Assembly: GCA_965225815.1 (NCBI GenBank) | Contig: CBDDBP010000007.1 | Span: 426,496 to 490,495 of the forward strand | Reading direction: 5' to 3' | Source: Dehalococcoidia bacterium | Lineage (GTDB): Bacteria; Chloroflexota; Dehalococcoidia; DSTF01; WHTK01 | DNA length: 64,000 nucleotides | Shown here: one piece after another, positions 1 to 9,763 of the stretch | How positions within the stretch are numbered: the first letter of the stretch is position 1 | How the letters are laid out: each line of letters begins with the position of its first letter | Position numbers and translations under genes: made by a program | The notes under the pieces: model-generated | What the model was told of the DNA's origin: nothing | The model's input: only the letters and a program-made list of their open reading frames with translations | The model's database searches: none

Positions 1-1326
1 GGAGATCAATGGGCCAGCTTCTACCCGTTCGGCCATCCGCTGGTCCTTGCGGTGGGCGCGTTCTTCGGTGCGGTCTGGGTCATTCCCTCGCTTGTCGGGG
101 CGGGCAGCGTACTGCTGACGTTCTTTCTGGGACGTCGGTTGTACGACGCCCGGACAGGCTTGCTTGCGGCCGGACTGCTCGCGGCATCGCCGTTCTTCCT
201 GATGCAGTCCTCGAACTTCATGTCGCATAACACCGCGGCGTTCTCTGTCCTGGCGACCCTCCTGTTCCTGGTTAAGCGAGAGCGGCCGATCCTGTTTGGC
301 GTCATCGCGGGGTTGATGTTTGGCCTCGGTGTGAACACGCGTCCCCTCACCATGGCGGCGCTCGTTCTGCCCTTCGGCGTCATCATCCTGATGCACCTCC
401 GCAACGAGAGCCCGAGAGCCTGGTTCAAGCACTCCGGCGCGTTCGTTGTCGGTGTCGGCCTGATGCTGGTGGCGATGCTGGCTTACAACCAGGGCATCAC
501 CGGCGATCCGTTGACGACGACCTACTCCCTCTCCGATGGCGGCTCCGAAGAGCTGTTCGGGTTCAGGGATGGGCATTTCCTGGACATCGGGCTGCGCAAT
601 GTGCAGGCCCAGATGATGTCCCTACTTCAGGTGCTCAGCGCCTGGCCGTCCTTCGTGGGTCTGGGGTTGGTGCTGCTGCCGTTCCTGATGGCCTCGCGAA
701 ATCGCTGGGACTATCTGCTCCTGGCCAGCGTCTTGCTGCCGATGGCGATCTACGTTGGCTACCGCTTCAGCGGCCTCTTCGGGGGGCCGCGCTACTGGTT
801 CGAGATCGCGCCGTTCTTGCTGCTCCTCTCGGCCAGAGGCATCGACTTCGCCGCCCGATTGCTCGTTGACCTCAGCAGAGAGCTTGCCTGGCGGATCAAA
901 CTGGCCCGGCCCCCGGCTCCCTGGGCTGGATACGCGATCATCTACGGTGCCGTGGTAGTTCTCATGATCTACGGCACTGGGGGCTGGCTCACGGGCCTCG
1001 CCAGGGATCAGAACTCGCCCCTGGTGCCGTATCAGGCGTCGGCGATCGAGGGGTTGTTCGGAGTGGACGCCCGCCTGGTCAAGCTTGCCGACGAGGCGGA
1101 ACTGGAGAACGCGCTGGTCCTGGTGGAGCCGTGCGGCTTTTTCGGCAGCTACGCCTGCTACGGCAGCGTCTTCCTCCGCAATCTTCCCGACTTCAACGGC
1201 GACGAGGTGTGGGCGCTCTATCTTCCGGAAACGAACGAAGCGACGATCGCAGCGTTTCCCGGTCGCGACGTCTATGTCGCATCCTGGGATGACGGCGGCT
1301 CTTTGCGTGTCTATGAAGGCAACTAA
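1..1326 (+). CDS. Integral-membrane glycosyltransferase, GT39/GT83 (ArnT/PMT-like) family; 5' end lies outside the window (frame open from nt 1)
   Basis: Frame 1 is open from position 1 with no upstream stop. Multi-TM hydrophobic protein with an N-terminal region typical of ArnT/PMT-type lipid-linked sugar transferases; it is convergent with a GT2 gene. Confidence 0.55.
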   Translation, partial: GDQWASFYPFGHPLVLAVGAFFGAVWVIPSLVGAGSVLLTFFLGRRLYDARTGLLAAGLLAASPFFLMQSSNFMSHNTAAFSVLATLLFLVKRERPILFGVIAGLMFGLGVNTRPLTMAALVLPFGVIILMHLRNESPRAWFKHSGAFVVGVGLMLVAMLAYNQGITGDPLTTTYSLSDGGSEELFGFRDGHFLDIGLRNVQAQMMSLLQVLSAWPSFVGLGLVLLPFLMASRNRWDYLLLASVLLPMAIYVGYRFSGLFGGPRYWFEIAPFLLLLSARGIDFAARLLVDLSRELAWRIKLARPPAPWAGYAIIYGAVVVLMIYGTGGWLTGLARDQNSPLVPYQASAIEGLFGVDARLVKLADEAELENALVLVEPCGFFGSYACYGSVFLRNLPDFNGDEVWALYLPETNEATIAAFPGRDVYVASWDDGGSLRVYEGN

Positions 1327-1342
1327 CGCCCGTGCCTAGAGG

Positions 1343-2500
1343 CTAGCGCCGATTGTCTTCCAGCAGGCTGGTCAGGGCCCCGACCAGGCCTGTATTCGCC
1401 CCGACGACGATGAGGGTCTGGGCGATCGCGGCGATGCCGATGTTGAGCTCGCCGGGTTCTGCGATCAGCAGGTAGAGATCGAGGGCAATCCCGGCCGCGA
1501 CCAGCAGAAGCCCGACGATGACAAAGACCTCAAGACTCAAGAATCGACGATAGAAGCGCAAGAAAGCATCATCGTTCGTCAGGCCCACGACGCTTGTATA
1601 GAGACGGGACGCAAAGCCCAGAAGCAGCGCGTTGACTCCGACGACGACGAAGATGCTGCCGGCGAAGACGGGTTGCCACGTCGAGGAACCGACCTCGATC
1701 TCGCTATTTGGTAGGGCTGCGATGAGAATCGCGAGGCCGAGGAGCGTCAGCATGGTCCCGGGTATCGTGAACAGGTAGTTTGGGCTGGCGAGGACGAGGA
1801 ATCGAAGGTGGCGCCAGCCGTCGCGGAACGTATTCAGCTTGGCTTCGCCCTGTCGCTCGGCATACGGGACGGGGATGTCGGCAATGTTCATGTTGCGGCG
1901 GGCCGCCTTGAGGATCATCTCCGAGGCCAGCTCCATGCCTCCCGTGGTCAGGGCGAGCCGGTCAAGCGCATCGCGCGTAAACGCCCTGAGTCCGCACTGG
2001 CTGTCGCCAACTTGCAAGCCGGTGAGGACTCGCAGTAGGAACGAGATTACCGGCGTGCCAATGTAGCGATGGCTCCAGGTCATTGCCCCCGGCGCGATTC
2101 CACCGGCGAAGCGGTTGCCGATCGACATGTCGGCGCCGGTCGCGAGCGGCGCGACCAGGGCATCGAGGTCGCCGAACTCGTAGGTATCGTCACAGTCGCC
2201 CATGACAAGCCAGTCGCCGTGGGCTTCGGCGAAGCCTCGCCGCAATGCCGAACCATAGCCGCGGGTCGATTCGAAGACGACGCGAGCGCCGGCATTCGAG
2301 GCGAGCTCCGGCGAACCGTCCGTTGAGCCGTTATCGACGACGAGGACTTCTCCGTCATAGTCGGACCGCGCCAGCCAACCGGTCGCCTTTGTGACGCAAG
2401 TTGCGACAGACGCTTGCTCGTTCAGGCACGGCATGACGATTGAGATGAAAGGTCTGGTGGATTTAGACGTTGCGGTGGGCTCAGGGGTTTCTACTGTCAT
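1343..2500 (-). CDS. GT2-family glycosyltransferase (polyprenyl-phosphate sugar synthase type, DPM1-like) with C-terminal TM segments
   Basis: The translation contains ISIVMPCLNE...VVDNGSTDGS...GDCDDTYEF, typical of the GT2 DXD/Rossmann region, with a hydrophobic C-terminal half. The start was chosen at ATG 2498-2500 (MTVET); an alternative GTG start lies at 2554. Confidence 0.65.
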   Translation of the reverse strand: MTVETPEPTATSKSTRPFISIVMPCLNEQASVATCVTKATGWLARSDYDGEVLVVDNGSTDGSPELASNAGARVVFESTRGYGSALRRGFAEAHGDWLVMGDCDDTYEFGDLDALVAPLATGADMSIGNRFAGGIAPGAMTWSHRYIGTPVISFLLRVLTGLQVGDSQCGLRAFTRDALDRLALTTGGMELASEMILKAARRNMNIADIPVPYAERQGEAKLNTFRDGWRHLRFLVLASPNYLFTIPGTMLTLLGLAILIAALPNSEIEVGSSTWQPVFAGSIFVVVGVNALLLGFASRLYTSVVGLTNDDAFLRFYRRFLSLEVFVIVGLLLVAAGIALDLYLLIAEPGELNIGIAAIAQTLIVVGANTGLVGALTSLLEDNRR

Positions 2501-2583
2501 CCTGTCTGGGAATGGTATGACTCGGTAGTAATCAAGACAAGCGAGCGCTTGCACGTGTCGAGAGACGGCTTCAAGCTCGTGAC

Positions 2584-3132
2584 GTGAAACCGCTAGATCG
2601 CTACCTGAGAAACCGACGGATCAAACTCGTGCGGGAGTTCTTGAACGCTGGGAGCGAAATCCTCGACATCGGTTGCGCTGATGGCGCCATGTTCGAGCAA
2701 TTGAAGGGTCGCTACAAGTACGGGTACGGCGTCGAGCCGACGCTTGGCAGGGAAATCGAAGCGGACTCCTATCACCTCTTTCCCGGCGTCTTCCCGGAGG
2801 CGCTACCGGTAGGAATTGAGGTCGATCTCGTCACGATGCTGGCGGTGCTTGAGCATTTGCCCCCGGCGGAACAGACCGTGTTGGCTGAAAGCTGCCATGC
2901 CGTCCTGAAGCCGGCCGGACGCGTGGTCATATCCGTGCCTTCGCCGCGCGTCGACGATCTGTTGTGTGTTTTGGGCAAGGCCCGGCTCATCGACGGAATG
3001 AGCATGCATGAGCACTACGGCTTTGAACCGCTCGATACGCTCCGCGTCTTCACGAAGCCGGCCTTCAATCTCGTTGTGCACCGCAAGTTTCAGTTCGGCC
3101 TGAACAACCTGTTTGTGTTCGAGAAGGCTTAA
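2584..3132 (+). CDS. Class I SAM-dependent methyltransferase
   Basis: ILDIGCADG motif I and a VLEHL motif are present; 182 aa. The start is a GTG and is uncertain. Confidence 0.6.
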   Translation: MKPLDRYLRNRRIKLVREFLNAGSEILDIGCADGAMFEQLKGRYKYGYGVEPTLGREIEADSYHLFPGVFPEALPVGIEVDLVTMLAVLEHLPPAEQTVLAESCHAVLKPAGRVVISVPSPRVDDLLCVLGKARLIDGMSMHEHYGFEPLDTLRVFTKPAFNLVVHRKFQFGLNNLFVFEKA

Positions 3133-3183
3133 CCTACGCCCAACAGAGCGGCGCCCTCCAGGAGCCAGTACGGAGGAGACAAA

Positions 3184-4071
3184 GTGGTAGAGATTACGCC
3201 GGGTGCAGGTATCCTCGGCGCGCGGGTCGATGGAATCGACCTGTCGCTCCCGCTAACCGACGCTGACTACGATTTGCTGCTGCACGGCTTCGCGAACTAT
3301 GGCGTGCTGTGCTTTCCGGGCCAGCATCTGGAGCCGGCGGCGCATAAAGCTTTCGCCAGCCGGTTCGGTTCGCTGGAAGTGAACGTTGCAGCCGGGCCCT
3401 ATACCGTACCGGATCATCCCGAGCTGATGTTCCTGTCAAACATCATCGAGGATGGGCGTCGGGTTGGCCTGAATGACGCGGGACAGGAGTGGCATACAGA
3501 CATGTCCTATTCCGACCCGATCGCCTTCCTCAACGTGCTCTACGCGATGGAGGTGCCAGTCCGGGATGGGAGGCCGCTGGGCGCGACGTTATTCGCCAAC
3601 ATGCGCGCCGCCTACGATGACTTGCCGGATGACATCAAGCGTCGAATCGATGACCAGACCGCGACGCACGACTTCGCCAAGCTGTGGGATGAGATGCGGC
3701 AGCGTCCTGGCAGCTCTCGCCAGGCCCTGACTCAGGAGCAGCGTCAGCAGAAGCCACCCGTCTCGCACCCGCTGGTGCTGACCCATCCCGTCAACGGGCG
3801 AAAGGCGCTGTATTGCAATCCCGGATACGCCGTTTGGATTGATGGCATGGTCACAGGCGAGAGCGACGAACTGCTGTCGTTCCTGTTCGAGCACCAGATG
3901 AAGGAGCAATACCAGTACTCCCACGAGTGGACCCAGGGAGACGTACTGGCCTGGGATAACCTCTGGACAATCCACAACGCCGTCGCTGACTACGAGGCCG
4001 AGGAGCACCGCTTGATGCGGCGCTGCCAGGTGATGGCAGACCGGGTGTCCGGTACGGTGGGAGCCGGGTAG
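3184..4071 (+). CDS. TauD/TfdA-family Fe(II)/2-oxoglutarate-dependent dioxygenase
   Basis: A WHTDMSY (HxD iron site) motif is present and the overall length is TauD-like. The GTG start is preceded by a GGAGGAG ribosome-binding site. Confidence 0.7.
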   Translation: MVEITPGAGILGARVDGIDLSLPLTDADYDLLLHGFANYGVLCFPGQHLEPAAHKAFASRFGSLEVNVAAGPYTVPDHPELMFLSNIIEDGRRVGLNDAGQEWHTDMSYSDPIAFLNVLYAMEVPVRDGRPLGATLFANMRAAYDDLPDDIKRRIDDQTATHDFAKLWDEMRQRPGSSRQALTQEQRQQKPPVSHPLVLTHPVNGRKALYCNPGYAVWIDGMVTGESDELLSFLFEHQMKEQYQYSHEWTQGDVLAWDNLWTIHNAVADYEAEEHRLMRRCQVMADRVSGTVGAG

Positions 4072-4112
4072 GCAGGGATTCGCATCTAGCGATAGGTGTA
4101 GGGGTGAGTCAC

Positions 4113-4934
4113 ATGGCGATGACAGACAAATTGGCGGTAGTCACTGGAGCCGGATCTGGAATTGGCCGCTCGGTTGCCCTGGCGCTTGGTAGCCAGGCCG
4201 CGCGAGTCGCGGTTGTCGACCTCGACCCTCGGTCAGCGCAGGAGACGGTCGAGCTAATCAAGGCGGCGGGCGGGACGGCAGCGGCGTTCGAGTGCGACAC
4301 GAGCAAGTCGGACGATATCGACAGAGCGATTACCGACGCTGTAGCTCAATTCGGGCCGCTCGAGATCATGGTGAATAACGCCGGCATCCTCGACGGCTAC
4401 TACAACGTCGACGAGATCGACGAATCTGCCTGGCGCAAGGTGATCGATATCGACCTGACGGGCGTCTTCCTCGGTTGCAAGCGCGCGTTGCAAGAGATGC
4501 TGCCGAGGGGCCGAGGGCGAATCGTCAATATGGCCTCCGTTGCCGGCCTCAATGGCACGGGAGGTGGGGCAGCCTACGTAGCGGCCAAGCATGGCGTTGT
4601 GGGTCTGACGCGCCAGATGGCTGTGGTCTATTCATCGCGCGGCGTGACGATCAACGCCGTCTGCCCCGGCCCGATTTCGACCAACCTCAGAGAGCACTCT
4701 CAGCAGATCCTCGGGCCGGATGTGCCCGACATGAGTGGCAGAGGCGTCGCTGTCAACGAGGACCAGATTCAAAACGTCGTGCCAATGGGACGCAGAGGTA
4801 CGGTTGAGGATGTTGCGTCGGCCGTCTGTTACCTGGCTTCGGACGAGGCGCAGCTACATTACGGGACACACGATGGTCGTCGATGGCGGTTGGCGGGCCA
4901 AGTAAATCTCATCCAGCGACAGGGCACCTCATGA
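4113..4934 (+). CDS. Short-chain dehydrogenase/reductase (SDR); the C-terminus is frameshifted (authentic tail SYITGHTMVVDGGWRAK is in the +1 frame, ending at 4905)
   Basis: TGAGSGIG and NNAGI motifs are present. The canonical SDR end LASDEA-SYITGxxxxVDGGW is split between two frames by one extra nucleotide near 4851. Confidence 0.65.
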   Translation: MAMTDKLAVVTGAGSGIGRSVALALGSQAARVAVVDLDPRSAQETVELIKAAGGTAAAFECDTSKSDDIDRAITDAVAQFGPLEIMVNNAGILDGYYNVDEIDESAWRKVIDIDLTGVFLGCKRALQEMLPRGRGRIVNMASVAGLNGTGGGAAYVAAKHGVVGLTRQMAVVYSSRGVTINAVCPGPISTNLREHSQQILGPDVPDMSGRGVAVNEDQIQNVVPMGRRGTVEDVASAVCYLASDEAQLHYGTHDGRRWRLAGQVNLIQRQGTS

Positions 4935-4964
4935 AACAGAGCAGCCAATCGAAAGGTAGATGCC

Positions 4965-5795
4965 ATGACTTCAGCCCCTAACCCCTTCGCCACCGAAGTC
5001 GCGCTGACCGATCTCCCGGGGGAGCAGCTCAGGGCCAGGGTCGCACGGGCGCAGCTCTACCTCATTGAAATGAAGCCGATAGAGGTGGCTGCTGCGGGAG
5101 CCTCAAAGGACCAGCGGGACCATCTGGCCTACCTACACAAACTCGAAACGGAAGGCAGGCTCTACGGCAGTGGTCCCGTCGAGTCGGGACCAGGCGAGCC
5201 ACCGTATGAGCTGGCCGTCGTGGCCGCCGCGTCTCGGGAAGAGGCCGAGAACATTGCTGCCAACGATCCGCTGCAGAAGGCTGGCCTGGGCACCAACGTC
5301 GTCCGAAACCACATCATGAACGAGGGCGTGGCCTGCTACGTTGGGCGGGCGATGTCGAAGCGGGCAGAGGCGCGATATGAGCCGTTCGACCCGGACATCA
5401 GCGGCATCGACCTTTCCTACGAGGCGCTGGTGGAGCGCGCCGCCGGCGTGAAGTTGCACCTGATAAGCCTAGAGCCGACGGACAAGCCGAGGTCGCCCGA
5501 GGACACTTCGACGATGAACGCCCACTTTGTGTGGCTGCGAGAGAACGAGATGGCGGCGCGCTTGATGAGCTGCGGCCCGGTGCAACCAGCTCAGCCTCTC
5601 GCCGATGGAGTGTGGGGCGGCGGGCTTGGCATCGTGGCCACGTCGCGGGCTGAAGCCGAGCGAATCGCCGCGGTCGAGCCGAGTGGTCGCGAGGGTTACC
5701 GACGCCTTTTGGTCTCGGACTGGAGGCTGGACTACGGGCTGGCGGCGCCAATCGGCCGAGCCCTGGTGGCCTTGAACGAGCTGCCTACCGACTAG
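4965..5795 (+). CDS. Tandem YciI-like (Dabb/YCII-related) domain protein
   Basis: Two roughly 100-aa repeats with YciI-like hallmarks are present (…GRLYGSGPV…, …ARLMSCGPV…). Confidence 0.55.
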   Translation: MTSAPNPFATEVALTDLPGEQLRARVARAQLYLIEMKPIEVAAAGASKDQRDHLAYLHKLETEGRLYGSGPVESGPGEPPYELAVVAAASREEAENIAANDPLQKAGLGTNVVRNHIMNEGVACYVGRAMSKRAEARYEPFDPDISGIDLSYEALVERAAGVKLHLISLEPTDKPRSPEDTSTMNAHFVWLRENEMAARLMSCGPVQPAQPLADGVWGGGLGIVATSRAEAERIAAVEPSGREGYRRLLVSDWRLDYGLAAPIGRALVALNELPTD

Positions 5796-5807
5796 GTCCG
5801 AATGTCG

Positions 5808-6632
5808 TCAGGGGTTGTGGCGCCCCAGGTAAGCCGCCAGGGCCTGCCACGCGGATGCTTCCTTCTCTCGCACCTGAGCGATGTGTTGTAGGGCGGCGGC
5901 GGTCAGGCTGTCTTGCGCCTCGGGTACAGCAGGAACGGGTGTGGTGATGGTTGACCAGATGTACTGGTGCGTCAGCTCATCGCTCAGGCGCTTGCACTGC
6001 TGCTGAGCCTCGTGGTTGAGGGTCTTGCGCGCATCGGGGTCCAGCTCCGACTTCATCTTGTTCAGGATCTCGACCAGCGCTGAGTCGCCCTGGCCGTTGT
6101 TGTAGCCGTGGAAGGTCACGCCGGCCTGCGGGTGGTGCTCGGCCACAATCGCCGCGCTGGGGTCGACCTGTGAGGGAATGCCGCCGGTGATCGAGTGGTA
6201 GGCGATGCCCGGGTAAGCGCCGGACGCGTCGCGGTTTTCCGGAATATATTCCCCCGTGTAGTCCGTCTGCGGGTTCTGGACGACGTTGATGCCCAGCGAC
6301 TGGACGAAGCCAAACAGGGGCTCCACGCGCGTCTCCCGGCTGAACGCCGACGCGTGCGGGTAGCGGAACCCGACCTCGAAGCCGTCCGGGTAGCCGGCGG
6401 CTGCCAGCAGCTTCTTTCCCTCTGCTACGTCGTACTGGAAGTACTTCCCGTTCTCGCCCATCTCGGCCGAACGCGGGTCCAACACCCAGCCGCCGCCGGC
6501 GAAGGAGTCTCGTTGCGCCAGGTGCGAATTCCAGAGAGTCTCGACCGGGAGGCCCGCCTCCTTGAACTCCTCGACGTTGAATTGAACATCGTTGTCTACC
6601 CCTGCGTTGAGGCGGGGGACCTGATCTGGACT
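5808..6632 (-). pseudogene. C-terminal roughly 270-aa remnant of an ABC transporter substrate-binding protein (family 5, peptide/nickel type); the N-terminal half is missing
   Basis: GKKLLAAAGYPDGFEV and SELDPDARKTLNHEAQ motifs match family-5 SBP C-terminal regions. The upstream part of the ORF has no SBP similarity and is antisense to the Rieske oxygenase remnant. Confidence 0.45.
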
Positions 6633-7609
6633 TACATGGGACCGAAGGACAAGCGTCCGCCGCTGCCCGACTTCGAGTGGATCCATCTGCCGAAGGAGCA
6701 TCGCTACGTCAGCAAGTTCCAGCTGGAGTGCAACTATCTCCAGGCCATGGAGGGCGACTACGATCTGAGTCACGCCAACTTCCTCCACAGCAACCTGACG
6801 AGTGCCGGGATCCAGAACCCGCTTGTGCCGAGCTCAGGCCGCTCCGACCCGTTTGCGGGCGCTGACTCACCGCCGGACGAGCCATTCCCACGCGCTGTCG
6901 GCAGTCGCAGGGTCAGCAAGGGCTCCGTCATCGAAGGCATGTCGAGGGACATCGAGGAGACGCCTTCCGGGCGCTCTTCATCCAGCCGATCGAAAGGCCG
7001 GGGCAACCCAAGGTCGTGATGGTCGCGCCGTGGATGATGCCGATCTTCTGCACCGCCGGAACGGCAGGACCGAACACTTACTCCGGCAACATTCGAGTAC
7101 CGATCGATAACGAGAGCTTGATGTTCTTCAGGTTGCGCTGGAGCTATGAGCAATTACCGGCGAATCACGTCAAGGAGTATCGGGACGGGGAGTGGTTCTA
7201 CCCTCAGCTGATTCCAGGGACCTGGCGGCCCCGGGACAACGTAAACAATAGCTACAACATCGATCGCGACACGCAGCGCAGCGAGACCTACACCGGCATC
7301 AGGACCTTCCCGCTTCAAGACATCGCGATGATCGAAGACCAGTGGGGGCCCATCGCGAAGCGGACGCTGGAGCACCTGACGAGCATGGACAAGCAGATCA
7401 TCTACGTTCGAAATCGCCTGATCAAAACCGCGAAGGACCTGGCAAATGGCGTCGAGCCGCAAGAGCCCTGGCACCCGGAGGCGTATCGCTACCACGTGGA
7501 GTTTGCAAGCAGCGAGTCCTTACCCGAGGCGATCGAGCAGGCAAAGGCCAAATCGACATCGACTCATGTCACGGTTGAAGCGCCGGGGATCAGCGCTGAG
7601 GTTGGTTAG
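6609..7609 (+). pseudogene. Rieske non-heme iron oxygenase alpha-subunit (phthalate/KshA/VanA family) catalytic-domain remnant; lacks the N-terminal Rieske [2Fe-2S] domain and is frameshifted (frame 0 to frame 2 between about 6800 and 7016)
   Basis: DLIWTYMGP followed by a D-x2-H-x4-H mononuclear iron motif (DYDLSHANFLH), and the C-terminal family signature QDIAMIEDQ…RTLEHL, are found in two different frames. No CxH…CxxH domain lies upstream. Confidence 0.5.
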
Positions 7610-7650
7610 ACGTGTCTCGCCGGAAGGCCGGGTAGCCAACGCCGCAAGCG

Positions 7651-7680
7651 TTGACACCGGTCGCCCCGGCTGACGATAAT
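7651..7680 (+). promoter_or_regulatory. Sigma70-like promoter (TTGACA-N18-GATAAT) upstream of the 7749 gene
   Basis: A near-consensus -35 box and -10 box lie about 70 nt upstream of a GGAGG ribosome-binding site and ATG. Confidence 0.4.
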
Positions 7681-7748
7681 CGCGACCCGGCCTGGTTCGT
7701 GAAATAGCGCCGAATTGCTGACCCGCTGTATGCCTATCGGAGGTTCTG

Positions 7749-9713
7749 ATGCCCGTTACAAGTCTTGAGATTCAAGAGCGAGGACCTCTCAGCGGAGGTG
7801 AGGCGTTTGGCGATGCCGGGCCGTACGAGTACGTCACCGGCATCTTGAACTTCACCGCCGACCCGAAACATCAGGCCAACGCGGTGATTTGCGACCTGGG
7901 CCTGGCTCCAACAAACGCTGACGGGCTGGTTGATTACCGCTCGCAATTCCACCTTCTCAAGCCGGTCAACGCGCCATCAGGCGGGCGGATGCTTGTTGAT
8001 TCCCTCAACCGGGGCAACATGACGACAATGTCGATGTTCAACAGCGCCGTGCGACGCTCCGATGGAGACCCCGACGTTAATCCGGGCAACGGATTCTTGA
8101 TGCGGATGGGTTACAGCGTGCTGTCGGTCGGTATTCAATGGGACCCGCCAGAGTCGCCGGAACGGATCCGCGCCTGGTTCCCCGAGGCGTTGGAAAACGG
8201 CCAACGGATCACCGGCCAGTCGTTCGTCCAGTGGTGGCCAAACAAGGTCACGCCGCATCAATTGCTCTCCGACGCCGGCCACAAGCCCTACCCCACGGCG
8301 GACACTGGCGACCAGAGCGCAGTGCTGACCGTGCGAGAGCACCAGGATGGCGCGCCGACGACTATCGCTCGCGAAAGCTGGCAGTTCGCGAAGGAAGAGG
8401 ACGGCAAGCCGGTCGCCAATCCTGACTACGTTTACCTCGAGGGCGGCTTCCAGCCCGGCAAGGTCTACGAGATCACCTATACGACGGTCGGCGCGCCCGT
8501 AGTGGGGCTGGGCTTTCTGGCCTACCGTGATGCCACCTCATTCTTCAAGCACGGCACCGAGGCAGAGGGCAACCTCCTGGCGGGTGCTGCCGATCACGCC
8601 TACGGATGGGGCCAGAGCATGAACGGCCGCTGGCTGCGCGAGTACCTGTACTGGGGGCTCAACCGCGACGAGACGGGACGCGTCGTCTTCGATGGCATGT
8701 TCGCCCACATCGGCAGCTCGCGGCGCGGTGAGTTCAATATGCGCTTCGGGCAACCGAGCACGAACATCCTGCGTGCACCGGGCAACATCTACCCCTTCGC
8801 CTTCGAAGCGACGCTCGAGCCCGATCTCGATCAGAATCGTGGGCTTCTCGATCGCAGTCTCGCCGACGGATCGATGCCCAAGCTGATCCACACCAACTCC
8901 GGCATGGAGTACTGGTGGAGCGGCGCGTCGTTGGGGCACACGAGCGTTGACGCCACGGAAGACATCGACCCGCCCAATGACGTCCGGTTGTTCCACCTGT
9001 CCGGCGCGCAGCACTCGCCGGGGGTGTTGCCGTTGAGCGATCGCAATGTCGACGGCTTTCAGGCCCAGCAACCGCTCAACACGTTCGACTACCGCCCTGC
9101 GATGCGAGCGCTGCTCACTGCCCTCGATCTCTGGGCAAGAGAGGGAGTTGAACCGCCCTCCAACCGCGTGCCGCGCATCGGCGAAGGGACAGCCGTGGCC
9201 CGTGAGGACCTGAAGGACACGTACACAAAGATCCCCGGCTCCGCCTGGCCGGTGCACCTGCCGCAGCGCCTGCGCCTGGACTTTGGCCCCGACCCGGATG
9301 GCGGCGTGCTGAGCTACCCACCGAAGGAGGCAGGTTCCTATCCCACCGTGGTATCCGCCCTGGACGAGGACTGTAACGAAGTCGCCGGTATCCGCCTGCC
9401 CGATGTCTCCGTCCCGCTGGCGACGTATACGGGATGGAACACGCGCCACGAGCTGATGGGCAGCCCTGGCCTGATGACGAGCGGCTCGCCGCTGTTTGGT
9501 TCGACGTTGGTGTTCCCGAAGACGCGAGACGAGCGGGTGGCCGGCAACGATCCTCGTGCTTCGATCGATGAACGTTACGAGTCGAAGGAGCGGTATCTAT
9601 CGCAGGTCCGCGCGGCGGCGGAGCGGCTGGTCGAAGAGCGCTATTTACTGACGGAAGACGTCGAGCGTTGTTTGAGCGTGGCTGCCGACAAGTGGGACGC
9701 CTTCCGAGGTTAG
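7749..9713 (+). CDS. Large conserved hypothetical protein (654 aa), possibly carrying an alpha/beta-hydrolase-like domain
   Basis: Long ORF with a strong promoter and ribosome-binding site. No catalytic motif was confidently recognised. Confidence 0.6.
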   Translation: MPVTSLEIQERGPLSGGEAFGDAGPYEYVTGILNFTADPKHQANAVICDLGLAPTNADGLVDYRSQFHLLKPVNAPSGGRMLVDSLNRGNMTTMSMFNSAVRRSDGDPDVNPGNGFLMRMGYSVLSVGIQWDPPESPERIRAWFPEALENGQRITGQSFVQWWPNKVTPHQLLSDAGHKPYPTADTGDQSAVLTVREHQDGAPTTIARESWQFAKEEDGKPVANPDYVYLEGGFQPGKVYEITYTTVGAPVVGLGFLAYRDATSFFKHGTEAEGNLLAGAADHAYGWGQSMNGRWLREYLYWGLNRDETGRVVFDGMFAHIGSSRRGEFNMRFGQPSTNILRAPGNIYPFAFEATLEPDLDQNRGLLDRSLADGSMPKLIHTNSGMEYWWSGASLGHTSVDATEDIDPPNDVRLFHLSGAQHSPGVLPLSDRNVDGFQAQQPLNTFDYRPAMRALLTALDLWAREGVEPPSNRVPRIGEGTAVAREDLKDTYTKIPGSAWPVHLPQRLRLDFGPDPDGGVLSYPPKEAGSYPTVVSALDEDCNEVAGIRLPDVSVPLATYTGWNTRHELMGSPGLMTSGSPLFGSTLVFPKTRDERVAGNDPRASIDERYESKERYLSQVRAAAERLVEERYLLTEDVERCLSVAADKWDAFRG

Positions 9714-9763
9714 CGCGACTCGCTCCAAGAGTGCTTCAAGCCATTGCGACGCGATGTCCTTGG

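Noticed and set aside
21-428. Short overlapping ORFs of 60-140 aa in all frames throughout (for example 21-428, 5133-5459, 10299-10820)
   Set aside because: GC-driven stop-codon paucity. No ribosome-binding sites or motifs, and they are embedded in better-supported genes.
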